Part shown: one piece after another, positions 40,253 to 53,362 of the stretch
How positions within the stretch are numbered: position 1 is the first letter of the stretch
Layout of the letters: each line of letters opens with the position of its first letter
NCBI GenBank assembly: GCA_051294375.1
Contig: CM119267.1
Coordinates: forward strand, 21,335,755-21,399,754
Reading direction: 5' to 3'
Length of the DNA stretch: 64,000 nucleotides
Source of the DNA: Paraspadella gotoi
Taxonomy: Eukaryota > Animalia > Chaetognatha
Translations under genes and position numbers: made by a program
Notes under the pieces: generated by a model
What the model was told of the DNA's origin: nothing
The model's database searches: none
What the model saw: only the letters and a program-made list of their open reading frames with translations

Positions 40253-40555
40253 ATGAAGTCGCTATATTTCCTTCTGCCGTTGATGCTGTTCGTCCTTTGC
40301 GTCGCCGAAGACGCATACAATTGCAAGTCCAACTTTTATTGCAAGACGAAGAAGCCAAAGTCGAAAGATGGAACTGAGCTGAGCGGCGGCTGCTGCTTCG
40401 GAGCTCTTTACCGAGGTAAGGTCTTCGATACCTGCGTCGAAAATTGCGAAGGCTGCGGGGATGCCTTGAGAGGACAATGCGGCGGCGTCGCTGTTGGCGT
40501 GGGCGTCTTTCGCATCGTCGTCGGCGTTGTCGTCGCGTGGGCAGCGAGGAGGTGA
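40253..40555 (+). CDS. Small Cys-rich secreted or membrane-anchored protein (100 aa), unknown family
   Basis: Signal-peptide-like MKSLYFLLPLMLFVLCVA, mature region with 8 Cys (C-C-CC-C-C-C-C) and a hydrophobic C-terminus (GVAVGVGVFRIVVGVVVAWAARR). GC-rich coding-like island. Confidence 0.7.
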   Translation: MKSLYFLLPLMLFVLCVAEDAYNCKSNFYCKTKKPKSKDGTELSGGCCFGALYRGKVFDTCVENCEGCGDALRGQCGGVAVGVGVFRIVVGVVVAWAARR

Positions 40556-41056
40556 CGAGCGGCGCTGGAATTATGGACTTTTTGTTAGGCGGAAAAATGT
40601 TGATGTTAAAAATATTTAACAAAAATTATACATTGTTGAATTTCTAAATATTAAAAAAGCTACGATTAAATTTAAAAAAAAAAAAATCATTGAGCAACAT
40701 TCAACGGAGTTGTTCTTTTACACTACATTCAGTCAACTTCAGTTTGATCGATTAGCTTTCGTTACAGGCATTTAGTTTTTATGGAACTATACTAAGACAA
40801 CAAAGACAAATTATATAAAGCGTTAACATTAATATAAAAAAAAAGTGAATAAAACATCTTCAAAAGATGTGAGAAAAATCAATCTCATTTTACAAACTTT
40901 TTTGTATAAAAATGCGTATGCGCATTGATGATTTTTTCTTTGCCTAAAATACGACAATTCTTTTTTTTTTTTTCAAAACTGTTTTATTGTTCATTTGTTC
41001 GTTTCCACTCGCGGATTCCTCGCCTCCATCGCCAGAAACCAGTGACGCCACGCACT

Positions 41057-42263
41057 CTAAATGACGGCGCATACCAGCGCCGCCGCCGTCCCAGCAGCAG
41101 CAAGGACGAAGCTCAGCAGCACTCTCCCCTCCGTTGGCGGCCCTGATTTCGGTTTCGTCTCTTCGATTTCCATCCAATCGTCCGGTGCCTCCAGTTCGTC
41201 GGACCACACCTCCGCCAAATCCCCTCGCTCCCTCCGAACTTGCACGTAGACGTCGAAGGCTCGAGCCAAGTCGGCCTCTTCCTCGCGAAACGCGAAGTGA
41301 CGCGGAGAGAACACGGTGTAATCTCGAATCTTCCTCAAAGCCGAGTCTCTCGCCACCGGCGAACCTCTCGGAATCTGCAGAGGCAGCGTTCCCGCCCAAG
41401 CGATGAGAACGTGGCCCTGATCGAGCATCGACCTTGTTCTCGCGGGCAAACTCTTCGTACTTTAATCTTAGATCGAAAAGGTCGTTGAGATTCCTTTGCG
41501 ATTCGAGCCAGAAAAACGTGCGAGTGACTCGAGAGGCGGATTCAAACGTGTCACTGTCATGTGAGAAACGAACATCGTCATGAGAAGGAAGATAGCGCAG
41601 GACCAGGTTAGGGTCAGGATTTTGGACATCTGGACAAGTTCCCGTCGCTCATACCGAAAGGAAGAAGCGTGAAATTCCCCACCGCGTCGCTCATGGTCGC
41701 TTTTCTTTCGTTGGCCAGTTCGTTTTCAAGTCGAACGATGATTGCAGATCCTAAGGCGCCGAATATTACGATGCCCAATGAGGATAAGCCATTCGCGGAG
41801 TGACAGGAAAAATTTGAAAGCTTCAAAACTTTGGCCTTTACTATCTTCGATGTCATCCCTAAACGCCATTTTTGTCGGGAACTCGAAAACCATTTGCGAC
41901 ATTCTCGCTACGGACAGATATTCGGCATTAATTTTCCTCGAATTGAGAAGCACGTCGATCGTTGGGGTTTTTTCAGCGAAAATCTGCGTCGAGTTTTTGA
42001 TTCGCAAAATCCACTCTGACCAGTTTGGGTCGTAAAGGACACTTGGTTAAAAAAGACTTTCAAACGTTGACGCTGATTCCACGAAGGTCGCTCAATGTCA
42101 GATCCTTATTATCGGAAACGTTTTTAATCGGCGAGACGTCTTGGAAGAAAATGTCGTAGCCCATGGTGAAGGAGCGATTGGTTTCGCAAACGTTGAAGAC
42201 GGTGGATCGAATGGAAGTAAAGAGGAGTTGAGTTCTCACGAAAATTTTCAAGAGAAGGAACAT
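41057..42263 (-). pseudogene. Ionotropic receptor-like paralog, disrupted
   Basis: Fragments align to 42719-44125: CETNRSFT, LRGISVNV*KSF, SVARMSQMVFEFPT, LREWLIL, FGMSDGNLSRC, GTAAALVCAV. The TGA at the conserved Trp (42060-42062) and the frameshifting deletion near 41615-41630 are also present in the second copy. Confidence 0.72.
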
Positions 42264-42718
42264 TTCTTTTTTGCAGCGGCGTGAGATAATAGCGTTTGTA
42301 TTTAGGAAGATATAGATTCATAAAATTATGTGAAAATATGATGTGTTGCCTTCGTGTCTAATTTTCCCTGTGTACTGTGCAGTGTGTACTGTGCAGTGTG
42401 CAACATGCAGTGTCTCAAATTAAAAAAAAATGTTTATTTTAGCTATATGTAATTGAAGCGATTTCACATCGATTGTAACTGATAATATAGTTATTCTTGA
42501 AATATGAATTAGTTCGCGAAAAGAAACGAAAAATAAAAGTTTTGTTCCTAAACTCAATTTTGGATCGTCCGCGAAAAAAAAAAACTTTTCAGAATTAAAT
42601 AATTTTTAACCTTGACTCGTTCATATTCACTACCAAATTTTTTGACGAAGTGCAAACTTTTCATGTGTATTATAAATCTATTTTTTGTTTTGTTTGTGTT
42701 TTCAATTTGCCCTTTTTA

Positions 42719-44125
42719 TCATTGAGCGGATGTTTTTGAGGTACACATTTTCCTCCAGCGATGTCGACTCCATTCCACGAGTGTGCACAGCAGTGCCGCC
42801 GCCGTTCCCACTACAGCCACGACTCCGCAGGCCCACACCTTCGTGGCGATTCCGGCAGAGGCCCTTTGTCTGGATTCTTCGGCCGATGTAGTCGCGCAGG
42901 TTTCTGTCCAACCAAAATGTTTTTTCCAAATATTATCCAGAGTCCCGTTATCTCTTAGATACAGCACGTGTTGATCGATGACCGTCATGAGATTCCCCCA
43001 TTCATGACGAAGTGCAAGATAACGCGCGAAAGTCACGCTGCAATCTTCTATTATCTTAAGACTGCAATTGTTTGGGTTTATCATTTCCCGTGGAATTTGT
43101 AGCGGAAGGAATCCCTTATTCGTGACTAGAATGTAGTCCTGATCCAATAATTTAGGTGTATATTCGCCTAAGCGATGGATTGCAATACCATGTTCATATA
43201 CTCGCATATCCGGAGTTGCAAAGGTTTCGTACCTATCCCTTAACATCTTCGTGACTGGATCGTTTAGGTCTTTCTGCAAGAAGTACCAAAAGAATTTAGC
43301 GTCGCTCTTAGCTAGGTCTTCGAGTTTGTAGAGTGATTTGGACATTCTCTCGACGGTCATGTCAGAAACAATATGGGCGGCATACAGGGTCCCGAACATG
43401 AAGACACACGTAGACCAAGACACAGTCAAGATTCTAAATCCAAGGCAACGCGAAATGTTGCCGTCGCTCATCCCAAAAAGCAGGAGGATGAAATTCCAAA
43501 TTGCGCTTTCAGTAGTTTTACCGACAGAATCTCTACCATCGATCTTATTGCAATTTTCCACCCAAACGACTGTCGCAGAGCTAACGCTACCAAAAAGTAT
43601 AATCAAAGCGACCACCGCCCACTCCCGCGGTTGGAGAAATTCAATGAACATTTTGAAATATATTCTCTCTCGGGTGATGTTATCCTTATAAACGATCAAA
43701 GTAGGAAACGTGTAGACTGGCTGGGAAATACGCGCTGCAGATAAGTGTTGTTTTGTTAAATCTAGGGAATTCGTCCATCCATCGATGTCTGGGTATCTTG
43801 CAAAGAAATGAGACAAATTCTCAAACGCGAGTCCAAGATCGCGATTCCAAACAAATCTTAGTGTGATGGGGCATATTTCTACGAAGGACGACCAAATGTC
43901 AACACTAACCCCTTTGAAATCTCTCAAGGAAAAATTCATGTTGATATCCCATGGGTCAGCATTTTTTAGCTCAAACTCTGCTTGCGTTTCTTCAAAAGCT
44001 AAAACGAGAGTCTGATTTGTGTTGCAAACGTCATTTGTTCCATTCCTTTGAAATTGTGTATGAGCAGAAGTATTGCTTGACAACGCCACGATCATGGTTA
44101 GAGCAATACGCCCAAATTGCTCCAT
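42719..44125 (-). CDS. Intronless divergent ionotropic glutamate receptor-like (IR-like) protein, 468 aa, no amino-terminal domain
   Basis: Signal peptide; S1 (FKGVSVDIW...ISQPVYTFPTLIV); M1 (FLQPREWAVVALIILFG); M2 loop (SAIWNFILLLFGM); M3 (RILTVSWSTCVFMFGTLYAAHIVSDMT, the SYTANLA equivalent); S2 (LEDLAK...LRDNGTLDNIWKKHF..C); M4 (VWACGVVAVVGTAAALLCTLVEW). Confidence 0.85.
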   Translation of the reverse strand: MEQFGRIALTMIVALSSNTSAHTQFQRNGTNDVCNTNQTLVLAFEETQAEFELKNADPWDINMNFSLRDFKGVSVDIWSSFVEICPITLRFVWNRDLGLAFENLSHFFARYPDIDGWTNSLDLTKQHLSAARISQPVYTFPTLIVYKDNITRERIYFKMFIEFLQPREWAVVALIILFGSVSSATVVWVENCNKIDGRDSVGKTTESAIWNFILLLFGMSDGNISRCLGFRILTVSWSTCVFMFGTLYAAHIVSDMTVERMSKSLYKLEDLAKSDAKFFWYFLQKDLNDPVTKMLRDRYETFATPDMRVYEHGIAIHRLGEYTPKLLDQDYILVTNKGFLPLQIPREMINPNNCSLKIIEDCSVTFARYLALRHEWGNLMTVIDQHVLYLRDNGTLDNIWKKHFGWTETCATTSAEESRQRASAGIATKVWACGVVAVVGTAAALLCTLVEWSRHRWRKMCTSKTSAQ

Positions 44126-44772
44126 TTTATGCTTATAAAAGTTTTTCTTTATTAGTAATAATATAAATATTATAAAGATGGATTTGTTTGGTTTTTTTTT
44201 TTCAGAAAAAAGGTCAAGTTAGTATTATTAATAATTAATTGCATAATCAGAGACTGAACTTTATAAACAAACTTTGTTTTCTCATCAGTCAAATTTTTAT
44301 AAATTGTAAAGTTAGGAAGGCTTATGTGCAAGATGAAAATTATTTGGGCCAGAAAAAAAAAAAAAAAATCGATAACCAAAACAAACGACTGCGGGTAGGA
44401 ATGAAACAAGAAACGCGAGAGAAACTGAAAAAACAAAACCTTTCCAATTCAACTTCATGTTTCCGCATCCAGGAATGGAACCCAAAACCAAATTTAATTA
44501 TAAATTATATTAAAATCTCCTTTTATAAGTAGTAGATTCGTTTGTACGATGTATTTAAATCGACGTAGTAAGTAGAAATATGATAAAATCAAAAGGATAT
44601 TATAAAAAGGTTTACAATTAAAAGTTCAAGAATCTATGGACCAATAGTCCAATAGTGCATTTGTTAGGAGTCCAACAATTATTCTGAGAACATGGATAAA
44701 TAAAATAGACTCAATATAATTTTAAGAATAACAACAATCAAACGCACTTGTTGGCTTTGATTTACAAAATAA

Positions 44773-47700
44773 TTAATATTCGTCTCTAAATTCAGCTTTT
44801 CTCCGATTTCTTCCTCTTTTGTTTGACGTCGGCGGCGCTTTGGTTTCCACCGGCGCCACTACCCGTCGCCCGTCGCCTACGCCTCCTCTCGAAGAGATCG
44901 AAGCCAACGGCGGCAGCGCCCCTAGCGGCGGAAGTCGTCTCGTACGCAACAGCGGCGCCTCCGCGCCGAATTCCGCGTCGATCGGTCGCCCCGCAAAAGG
45001 CGCCGCTTCGGGCGGAGATCTCGGGCGACCTCTACGCGTCGGCGACCGAGTTGGGGGTTGGTCCGGAGGATTTCGGGAAAGGTATCCTCGAGTCGAAAGC
45101 TCAAGGGGATGCCTGACAGCGGGTCGAGGAGCTGGTTGGGACGGGGAAAGGGACTGGGGATTCCGAGTCGGGGATCGGATCAGGGGAAAGGGGTCGTCGG
45201 TGAAACGAAGATTCGACGATGAGTGTTGACCTTCGACGCGTCTCGTCGACGCCTGAAGACGACGTCGAGATCGAGTCGGAACTTCGTCTTCATCGACCTT
45301 CCGTGACTCTCGAACGTCGGACGAATCGCGAGACAGAGACGCTCCTTTATCCCCCGACTTCGAAGGAGATTCTCGACGATCCTCTCGGCCATCGAAGCTT
45401 CTCAGCGGCGGAGGTCGAGCGTCGATGCGTGCGTCGGGAGGAAAGCCTCGATGGAGGACCCCGTGGGAGCCTCGATATTCTTGTCGACGCCTTTCGCGCG
45501 AAGACGACGACGTCTTGGACGACAAAGAGTTGCAGGATCTTTTCATAGGCGACGTCGAGGGTGTTGTTGTTGTTGTTGTTGTTGTGGCTGCGGAATCGTC
45601 CTCGATCGATCTCGTTTGTTTTAACGGAAAAGATTTCATTGGTTTTGTCGTCGTCGTCGTTTCGTCGCGATCGTCGTCGGGGTAGCGACGCGTTTTTGCC
45701 GGAGAATTCGTCGGCATTTTCGTCGTGACAGTAGTGTTGTCGGAGTGTCGCTCCTTCGCCGTGGAGTTGGTTGTCGTCGTCGTCGTCCTGTCATGATCAT
45801 TGTCGGTATAGCGTCCGCGTCGAAGTTTTGTCGGAGAATTCGTCGTCGTTTTCGTCGTCGTCGTCGACGTCGCCAAAGTTCCTTTCTTTCGTCGACGCTG
45901 AACGGAAGGTTTATTAACGGCGCCGGTTCTGCCGGTTTCCTTTCCGGCGGCGGGACCGTGGACAGCGTCAACATTTACGGCGGTGTCATTCGCCGGAGGA
46001 GACGCCGTCGTAACTTCCGTTATGGCATCGTATCGCGTCGTTTTGCTCGGCGTATTCGTGGGTCGGTCTCTAGACGCTGGCCGGTTAATCGACGCTGTCA
46101 CCACGGTCGGTAAGGATGATGCGTCCGCCGCCGCAGCCGCCGCCGCCGCTGCCGACACGTACCTTCCCTCTTTGTGTTCGATTCCTTCTCCCCACCATCT
46201 TTTCCAACCACCGTCTCCGAGGGGCGTCTCCTCCTCTTCCTCTTCCTCTTCCTCGCTCTCCTCCTCATCTTCCTCCTCTCTCCTGCTCAACCTCCGCCAC
46301 GCCCACCCGAGCGTCCATCGATCGTCCTCGGACGCAGATCGTCGCCATGACGACGACGAGGAAGAGGAAACGAGGAAGAGGACGAGGAGGGAGACGACGA
46401 GGAAGAGGAGGCCGAGTTCGAAGACCAGGCTGTGGGGGGGGGGAGGGAGAGACGAGGGCGAGTTGCAGAGCAGAGCAGAGACTGAGGGATTTATTTGAAT
46501 GATTTAAATTTAACAATGTGCAAATAATTCATATAAAACTTGGTTATTTTAGTTAATATTTTCAAATAAGTGATCAGCCAAGTAAGATCTCCATTGAGCA
46601 TATTTTTAACTTGTGTACTATGTGTAGTATGTATAGGTGTACTATGTGTTACCATGTGTATTGTTTAGGTATGTGATCATAGAGAAATTCGTTCGCAAAG
46701 TGATGCCGCACTTAGAACTTCCTGGTTCTTGTTTTAAGGTTGTCTTCAAATTTTGCTCATAAAATTTCCAGCTGTTTTTATACTCATTTACATTGTAAAA
46801 TTAACTTCGAGTCTGATTAAAGCTTAATAATGTTAATCATTTTTATTTTATCTAATTAACTACTGTATAGACGTCTGGATCAGATATAAAAACAAAAGTG
46901 CGTTTAACAGGGAGGTTTTCCAAAGGAACAACTTACTCTCTGCTCTTCTCTCTCTCTGCTCCTTAATAAATAATAATGTTGATATTGTGACGATATATTC
47001 ACACCGCCTTACATCTGTTGGAGACAAATTCGTGCGGACATCGAAGGATTCGAGATGAAGAACAATTTTGCTAGATAACAATTAAGGAAACTGTTTCTTC
47101 AATAAAAATATAAAAATGATTGCTTTTATTACCTTATTTGTTATTGTTTACATTTCAGATAAATGAGTATCGTGCTTTATATGTACTAAATGATAAGTTT
47201 CAGAATACACAGTTCTTTGGTCAGCAGTCTCCCTGGTCATATTGTTGTGCTTCTCATATCTCATAGATCCATACGATAAGACTATTGCTTTCTGTCGACT
47301 GCCCGCTCGCCCGCTCAGACTTAGTTTTGGAGGACGACGTGGGAGGCCCCCGAGTGCGATGCCCAAATACCACCTTACCGTGAGCCGGCCTTCGCCCGCT
47401 GGCGAATCCCCATAAATCCGCCTCCAACAGTGGTGCATCGTCCTATCCACTTTTTTTGTGGAGCACCCACTGTCGACAGTTCACACGCTTACATTCTCGG
47501 AAGCTGTGCTTCGTTACCCACAAGTCTTTCGGGTCAACTCTCAACTCCACACATTCCACCATTGTTCAGCCGGTCCCAAGCGTTGCGTTTCCATCCACAG
47601 TCCTAACGACTTCCCTCTGCGTTGGCAAAAACTAGACCGTCCTTGGGTAACCGCAGCAGTGACAGGAGGCGTCACAGAGATTCGCCAAACTCCAAAGCTA

Positions 47701-50700
47701 ACAGTGAAATCCCCCATCCCAATGGGCATCACAGGCAACCCGGCTGTTGCCATAATATCTTATCTTATTGGCTCGCATATTTTAGATTTAACTAAAATTG
47801 ACCTACTTCATCTCTTTTAAAAAACTATTTACAGAAATTTCAAGCATTTTTGACAAAATTATATTTAAAGCTCTTTCTCGATTTTTCAAATTGCTAAAAA
47901 AAATGAAAGTCGCTATATTTCCTTCTGCCGTTGATGCTGTTCGTCCTTTGCGTCGCCGAAGACGCATACAATTGCAAGTCCAACTTTTATTGCAAGACGA
48001 AGAAGCCAAAGTCGAAAGATGGAACTGAGTTGAGCGGCGGCTGCTGCTTCGGAGCTCTTTACCGAGGTAAGGTCTTCGATACCTGCGTCGAAAATTGCGA
48101 AGGCTGCGGGATGCCTTGAGAGGACAATTGCGGCGGCGTCGCTGTTGGCGTGGGCGTCTTTCGCATCGTCGTCGGCGTGTGTCGTCGCGTGGGCAGCGAG
48201 GAGGTGACGAGCGCGCTGGAATTATGGACTTTTTGTTAGGCGGAAAAATGTTGATGTTAAAAAATATTTAACAAAAATTAGACATTGTTGAATTTCTAAA
48301 TATTAAAAAAGCTACGATTAAATTTAAAAAAAAAAATCAATATGAGCAACATTCAACGGAGTTTTGCTTTTACACTACATTCAGTCAACTTCAGTTTGAC
48401 CGATTAGCTTTCGTTACAGGCATTTATTTTTATGGAACTATACTAAGACAACAAAGACAAATTATATAAAGCGTTAACATTAATATAAAAAAGTGAATAA
48501 AACATCTTCAAAAGATGTGAGAAAAATCAATCTCATTTACAAACTTTTTTGTATAAAAATGCGTATGCCATTGATATTTTTTCTTTGCCTAAAATACGAC
48601 AATTACGTTTTTTTTGTTTTTTTTTTTCAAAACTGTACTATTGTTCATTTGTTCGTTCCACTCGCGGATTCCTCGCCTCCATCGCCAGAAACCAGTGACG
48701 CCACGCACTCTACCGACGCCGCATACCAGCGCCGCCGCGCTCCCAGCAGCAGCAAGGACGAAGCTCAGCAGCACTCTCCCTCCGTTCGCCCCTTCTCGTC
48801 CTTCTTCTCCAATCGTCCGGTGCCTCTAGTTCGTCGGACCACACCTCCGCCAAATCCCCTCGCTTCCTCCGAACTTGCACGTAGACGTCGAAGGCTCGAG
48901 CCAAGTCGGCCTCTTCCTCGCGAAACGCGAGTGACGCGAGAGGACACGTGTAATCTCGAATCTTCCTCAAAGCCGAGTCTCTCGCCACCGGCGAACCTCT
49001 CGGAATCTGCAGAGGCAGCGTTCCCGCCCAAGCGATGAGAACGTGGCCCTGATCGAGCATCGACCTTGTTCTCGCGGGCAAACTCTTCGTACTTTAATCT
49101 CAGATCGAAAAGGTCATCGAGATTCCTTTGCGATTCGAGCCAGAAAAACGTGCGAGTGACTCGAGAGGCGGATTCAAACGTGTCACTGTCATGTGAGAAA
49201 CGAACATCGTCATGAGAAGGAAGATAGCGCAGGACCAGGTTAGGGTCAGGATTTTGGACATCTGGACAAGTTCCCGTCGCTCATACCGAAAGGAGAAGCG
49301 TGAAATTCCCCACCGCGTCGCTCATGGTCCCTTTTCTCGTTGGCCAGTTCGTTTTCAAGTCGAACGATGATTGCAGATCCTAAGGCGCGAGATATTACGG
49401 ATGCCCAATGAGGATAAGCCATCGCGGAGTGACAGGAAAAAATTTGAAAGCTTCAAAACTTTGGCCTTTACTATCTTCGATGTCATCCCTAAACGCCATT
49501 TTTGTCGGGAACTCGAAAACCATTTGCGACATTCTCGCTACGGACAGATATTCGGCATTAATTTTCCTCGAATTGAGAAGCACGTCGATCGTTGGGGTTT
49601 TTTCAGCGAAAATCTGCGTCGAGTTTTTGATCGCAAAATCCACTCTGACCAGTTTGGGTCGTAAAGGGACATTTGGGTTAAAAAAGACTTTCAAACGTTG
49701 ACGCGATTCCACGAAGGTCGCTCAATGTCAGATCCTTATTATCGGAAAACGTTTTAATCGGCTGAGACGTCTTGGGAGAAAATGTCGTAGCCCATGTGGT
49801 GGAGCGATTGGTTTCGCAAAACGTTTGAAGACGGTGGATCGAATGGAAGTAAAGAGGAGTTGAGTTCTCACGAAAATTTTCAGAAGAAGGAACATTTCTT
49901 TTTTGCAGCGGCGTGAGATAATAGCGTTTGTATTTAGGGAAGATATAGATTCATAAAATTATGTGAAAATATGATGTGTTGCCTTCCTGTCTAATTTTCC
50001 CTGTGTACTGTGCAGTGTGTGTACTGTGCAGTGTGCAACATGCAGTGTCTCAAATTAAAAAAAAAATGTTTATTTTAGCTATATGTAATTGAAGCGATTT
50101 CACATCGATTGTAACTGATAATATTAGTTATTCTTGAAATATGAATTAGTTCGCGAAAAGAAACGAAAAATAAAAGTTTTGTTCCTAAACTCAATTTTGG
50201 ATCGTCCGCGAAAAAAAAAAAACTTTTCAGAATTAAATAATTTTTAACTTGACTCGTTCATATTCACTACCAAATTTTTTGACGAAGTGCAAACTTTTCA
50301 TGTGTATTATAAATCTATTTTTTGTTGTTTGTGTTTTTCAATTTGCCCTTTTTATCATTGAGCGGATGTTTTGAGGTACACATTTTCCTCCAGCGATGTC
50401 ACTCCATTCCACGAGTGTGCACAGCAGTGCCGCCGCCGTTCCCACTACAGCCACGACTCCGCAGGCCCACACCTTCGTGGCGATTCCGGCAGAGGCCCTT
50501 TGTTCTGGATTCTTCGGCCGATGTAGTCGCGCAGGTTTCTGTCCAACCAAAATGTTTTTTCCAAATATTATCCAGAGTCCCGTTATCTCTTAGATACAGC
50601 ACGTGTTGATCGATGACCGTCATGAGATTCCCCCATTCATTGACGAAGTGCAAGATAACGCGCCGAAAGTCACGCTGCAATCTTCTATTATCTTAAGACT

Positions 50701-53246
50701 GCAATTGTTTGGGTTTATCATTTCCCGTGGAATTTGTAGCGAAGGAATTCCTTATTCGTGACTAGAATGAGTCCTGATCTCATATAGGTGTATATATTCG
50801 CCTAAGCGTAGGATGTCGAATACCATGTTCAATACTCGCATATCCGGAGTTGCAAAGGTTTCGTACCTATCCCTTAACATCTTCGTGACTGGATCGTTTA
50901 GGTCTTTCTGCAAGAAGTACCAAAAGAATTTAGCGTCGCTCTTAGCTAGGTCTTCGAGTTTGTAGAGTGATTTGGACATTCTCTCGACGGTCATGTCAGA
51001 AACAATATGGGCGGCATACAGGGTCCCGAACATGAAGACACACGTAGACCAAGACACAGTCAAGATTCTAAATCCAAGGCAACGCGAAATGTTGCCGTCG
51101 CTCATCCCAAAAAGCAGGAGGTGAAATTCCAAATTGCGCTTTCAGTAGTTTTACCGACAGAATCTCTACCATCGATCTTATTGCAATTTTCCACCCAAAC
51201 GACTGTCGCAGAGCTAACGCTACCAAAAAGTATAATCAAAGCGACCACCGCCCACTCCCGCGGTTGGGAAATTCAATGAACATTTTGAAATATATTCTCT
51301 CTCGGGTGATGTTATCCTTATAAACGATCAAAGTAGGAAACGTTAGACTGGCTGGGAAATACGCGCTGCAGATAAGTGTTGTTTGTTAAATCTAGGGAAT
51401 TCGTCCATCCATCATGTCTGGGTATCTTGCAAAGAAATGAGACAAATTCTCAAACGCGAGTCCAAGATCGCGATTCCAAACAAATCTTAGTGTGATGGGG
51501 CATATTTCTACGAAGGACGACCAAATGTCAACACTAACCCCTTTGAAATCTCTCAAGGAAAAATTCATGTTGATATCCCATGGTCAGCATTTTTTAGCTC
51601 AAACTCTGCTTGCGTTTCTTCAAAAGCTAAAACGAGAGTCTGATTTTGTGTTGCAAACGTCATTTGTTCCATTCCTTGAAATTGTGTATGAGCAGAAGTA
51701 TTGCTTGACAACGCCACGATAATGTGTGAGCAAGCGTAAAACTGGTACGATTGATATTGATTGGGAAGCCAGGTCTGGGAGTGCAAGATTGCAGAGACCT
51801 GCTATGTCATTATGTTGTAAGAGTGATGGAGGCCTCAACCTACCAAAGATTGTCCCGAGACAGGGGCAAGATAGCTTATTTAATAAATGAAAGGATAATT
51901 TTTATATTGGTTGTACCAATTTCATATTAAAATTGTCCGTTTATTCCTTAAATTTCGAGAGACAATGAAAGATGGACAGGATTTTGGTGTAATTTAAAAA
52001 GCGGCCATCCGATATAATTAAAAAAGATATAAGTAACATTGCAAAACCCTGCAATGTCTAATGTAATAAGCCCCCTAAAGAATTTTCTTAACTGATAAAT
52101 ATTCATCGTCCTTGACGCCATTATTATCTCATGTACCGATTGTACCATTATGATTTAAATAAAAAAAGATCGGTCAATCCAATGTGTTACGCCGCAGTAA
52201 ATTTCATAACCCGTGTATTTATGACACGCATCGGAAATTCTTTATAGTTTTAGAATTTACTAAAGTCGACGCAAGCAGTCACTTACATGTTAGGTTTTTT
52301 CCTGTCTTAACAAATGAGAAACCAACTTTAGGCAAGTTATGAGCATTTTTAATGTAAGTGGAACAAACCGACGGAGAGACAGACCGACCGACCGACCGAA
52401 AAGTGACTTACAGAGTTGCTCCGCGAGTACTTGCGGCGCCACATAAAAAAAGTAGAAATCCGTCCGAAAAAAGAAAACAAAAAAAAACAAAAAAACTGAT
52501 CCCTCTTTCCCTACTAACTCACCCTGCAAAACTGGAAAGGCGTAAAAATTGGGCAAAACGAAGGCCAAAGGAAAATAGAGGCACTCGATCTCCCCCAACT
52601 TCTTTCCGAAGACGACGACGACGCCGACGACGACGACTCCGTGGACGAGGAGGACGACGACGAGGAAGAAGGAGAGAAGGAGGTTGCGATTCGTGGCGAG
52701 GGAGGCGAGGAAGGCGGTCGTCATGGCAACCAGGGCGGCGAGGAGGGCGTCGCGGGTCATCGCTCGTTTGGTGGCGTAGGTGGACCAGAGATCGTCGCCC
52801 CAGGCGGTGGCGATCTGGAGTCGGTAGGGACGGGATAGGGCGAACCGTTTTGGGAGGGTTGGAGACGGGGGGGCGGGGAAAGAGTTGAGATTATAAGGAT
52901 GAGAAAATCTTTTTCTTAATCTTAATTGAGTTAAATTTTTAAGTATATATTCCGTTTCAAGAGGGAGAAAAATATAGGAAAATGAAAATGATGAGACGAA
53001 GCATCCCTTTCAAAAACAGTAAATTTTGTTGTTGTTGTTGTTGTTTCGATTGTTCGTTTTCACAGATGAATAAAATTAATGGATAAGCTCCAAACCTGAA
53101 AGTGTTTCGCCATCGCTAAAGGCATTCTCCGCATTTTATTTTGGATAAAATTCTCCCACTCGTCCATGTACCTAGAAAAGAAAAAGGATTGCACTCCTAT
53201 GTTTACGAAATATATAATTATAAAAAGTGGAATCTCTCTCTCACTT

Positions 53247-53277
<31 letters not shown>

Positions 53278-53298
53278 TCTCTCTCCTCTCTCTCTCTC

Positions 53299-53362
<64 letters not shown>

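Larger units (their letters stand above)
38890..44092 (+). repeat. ~5.2-kb duplicated block, copy 1
   Basis: Collinear with 46515-51720 from aatgttgcaataattcatata to caacgccacgat. Confidence 0.95.
46515..51720 (+). repeat. ~5.2-kb duplicated block, copy 2 (indel-rich; inside the last intron of the Dispatched-like gene)
   Basis: Near-identical to 38890-44092. Differences are mostly 1-bp indels; the copy stops inside the IR signal-peptide codons. Confidence 0.92.

Noticed and set aside
42060-42062. In-frame TGA at a Trp position suggesting an alternative genetic code or recoding
   Set aside because: TGA ends other genes here (30391, 38622), Trp is TGG elsewhere, and the same ORF has further shared lesions, so it is a pseudogene.
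44819-46502. Several plus-strand ORFs overlapping the 505-aa minus ORF
   Set aside because: Antisense shadows of a GC-rich, CGA/CGT-repeat exon.
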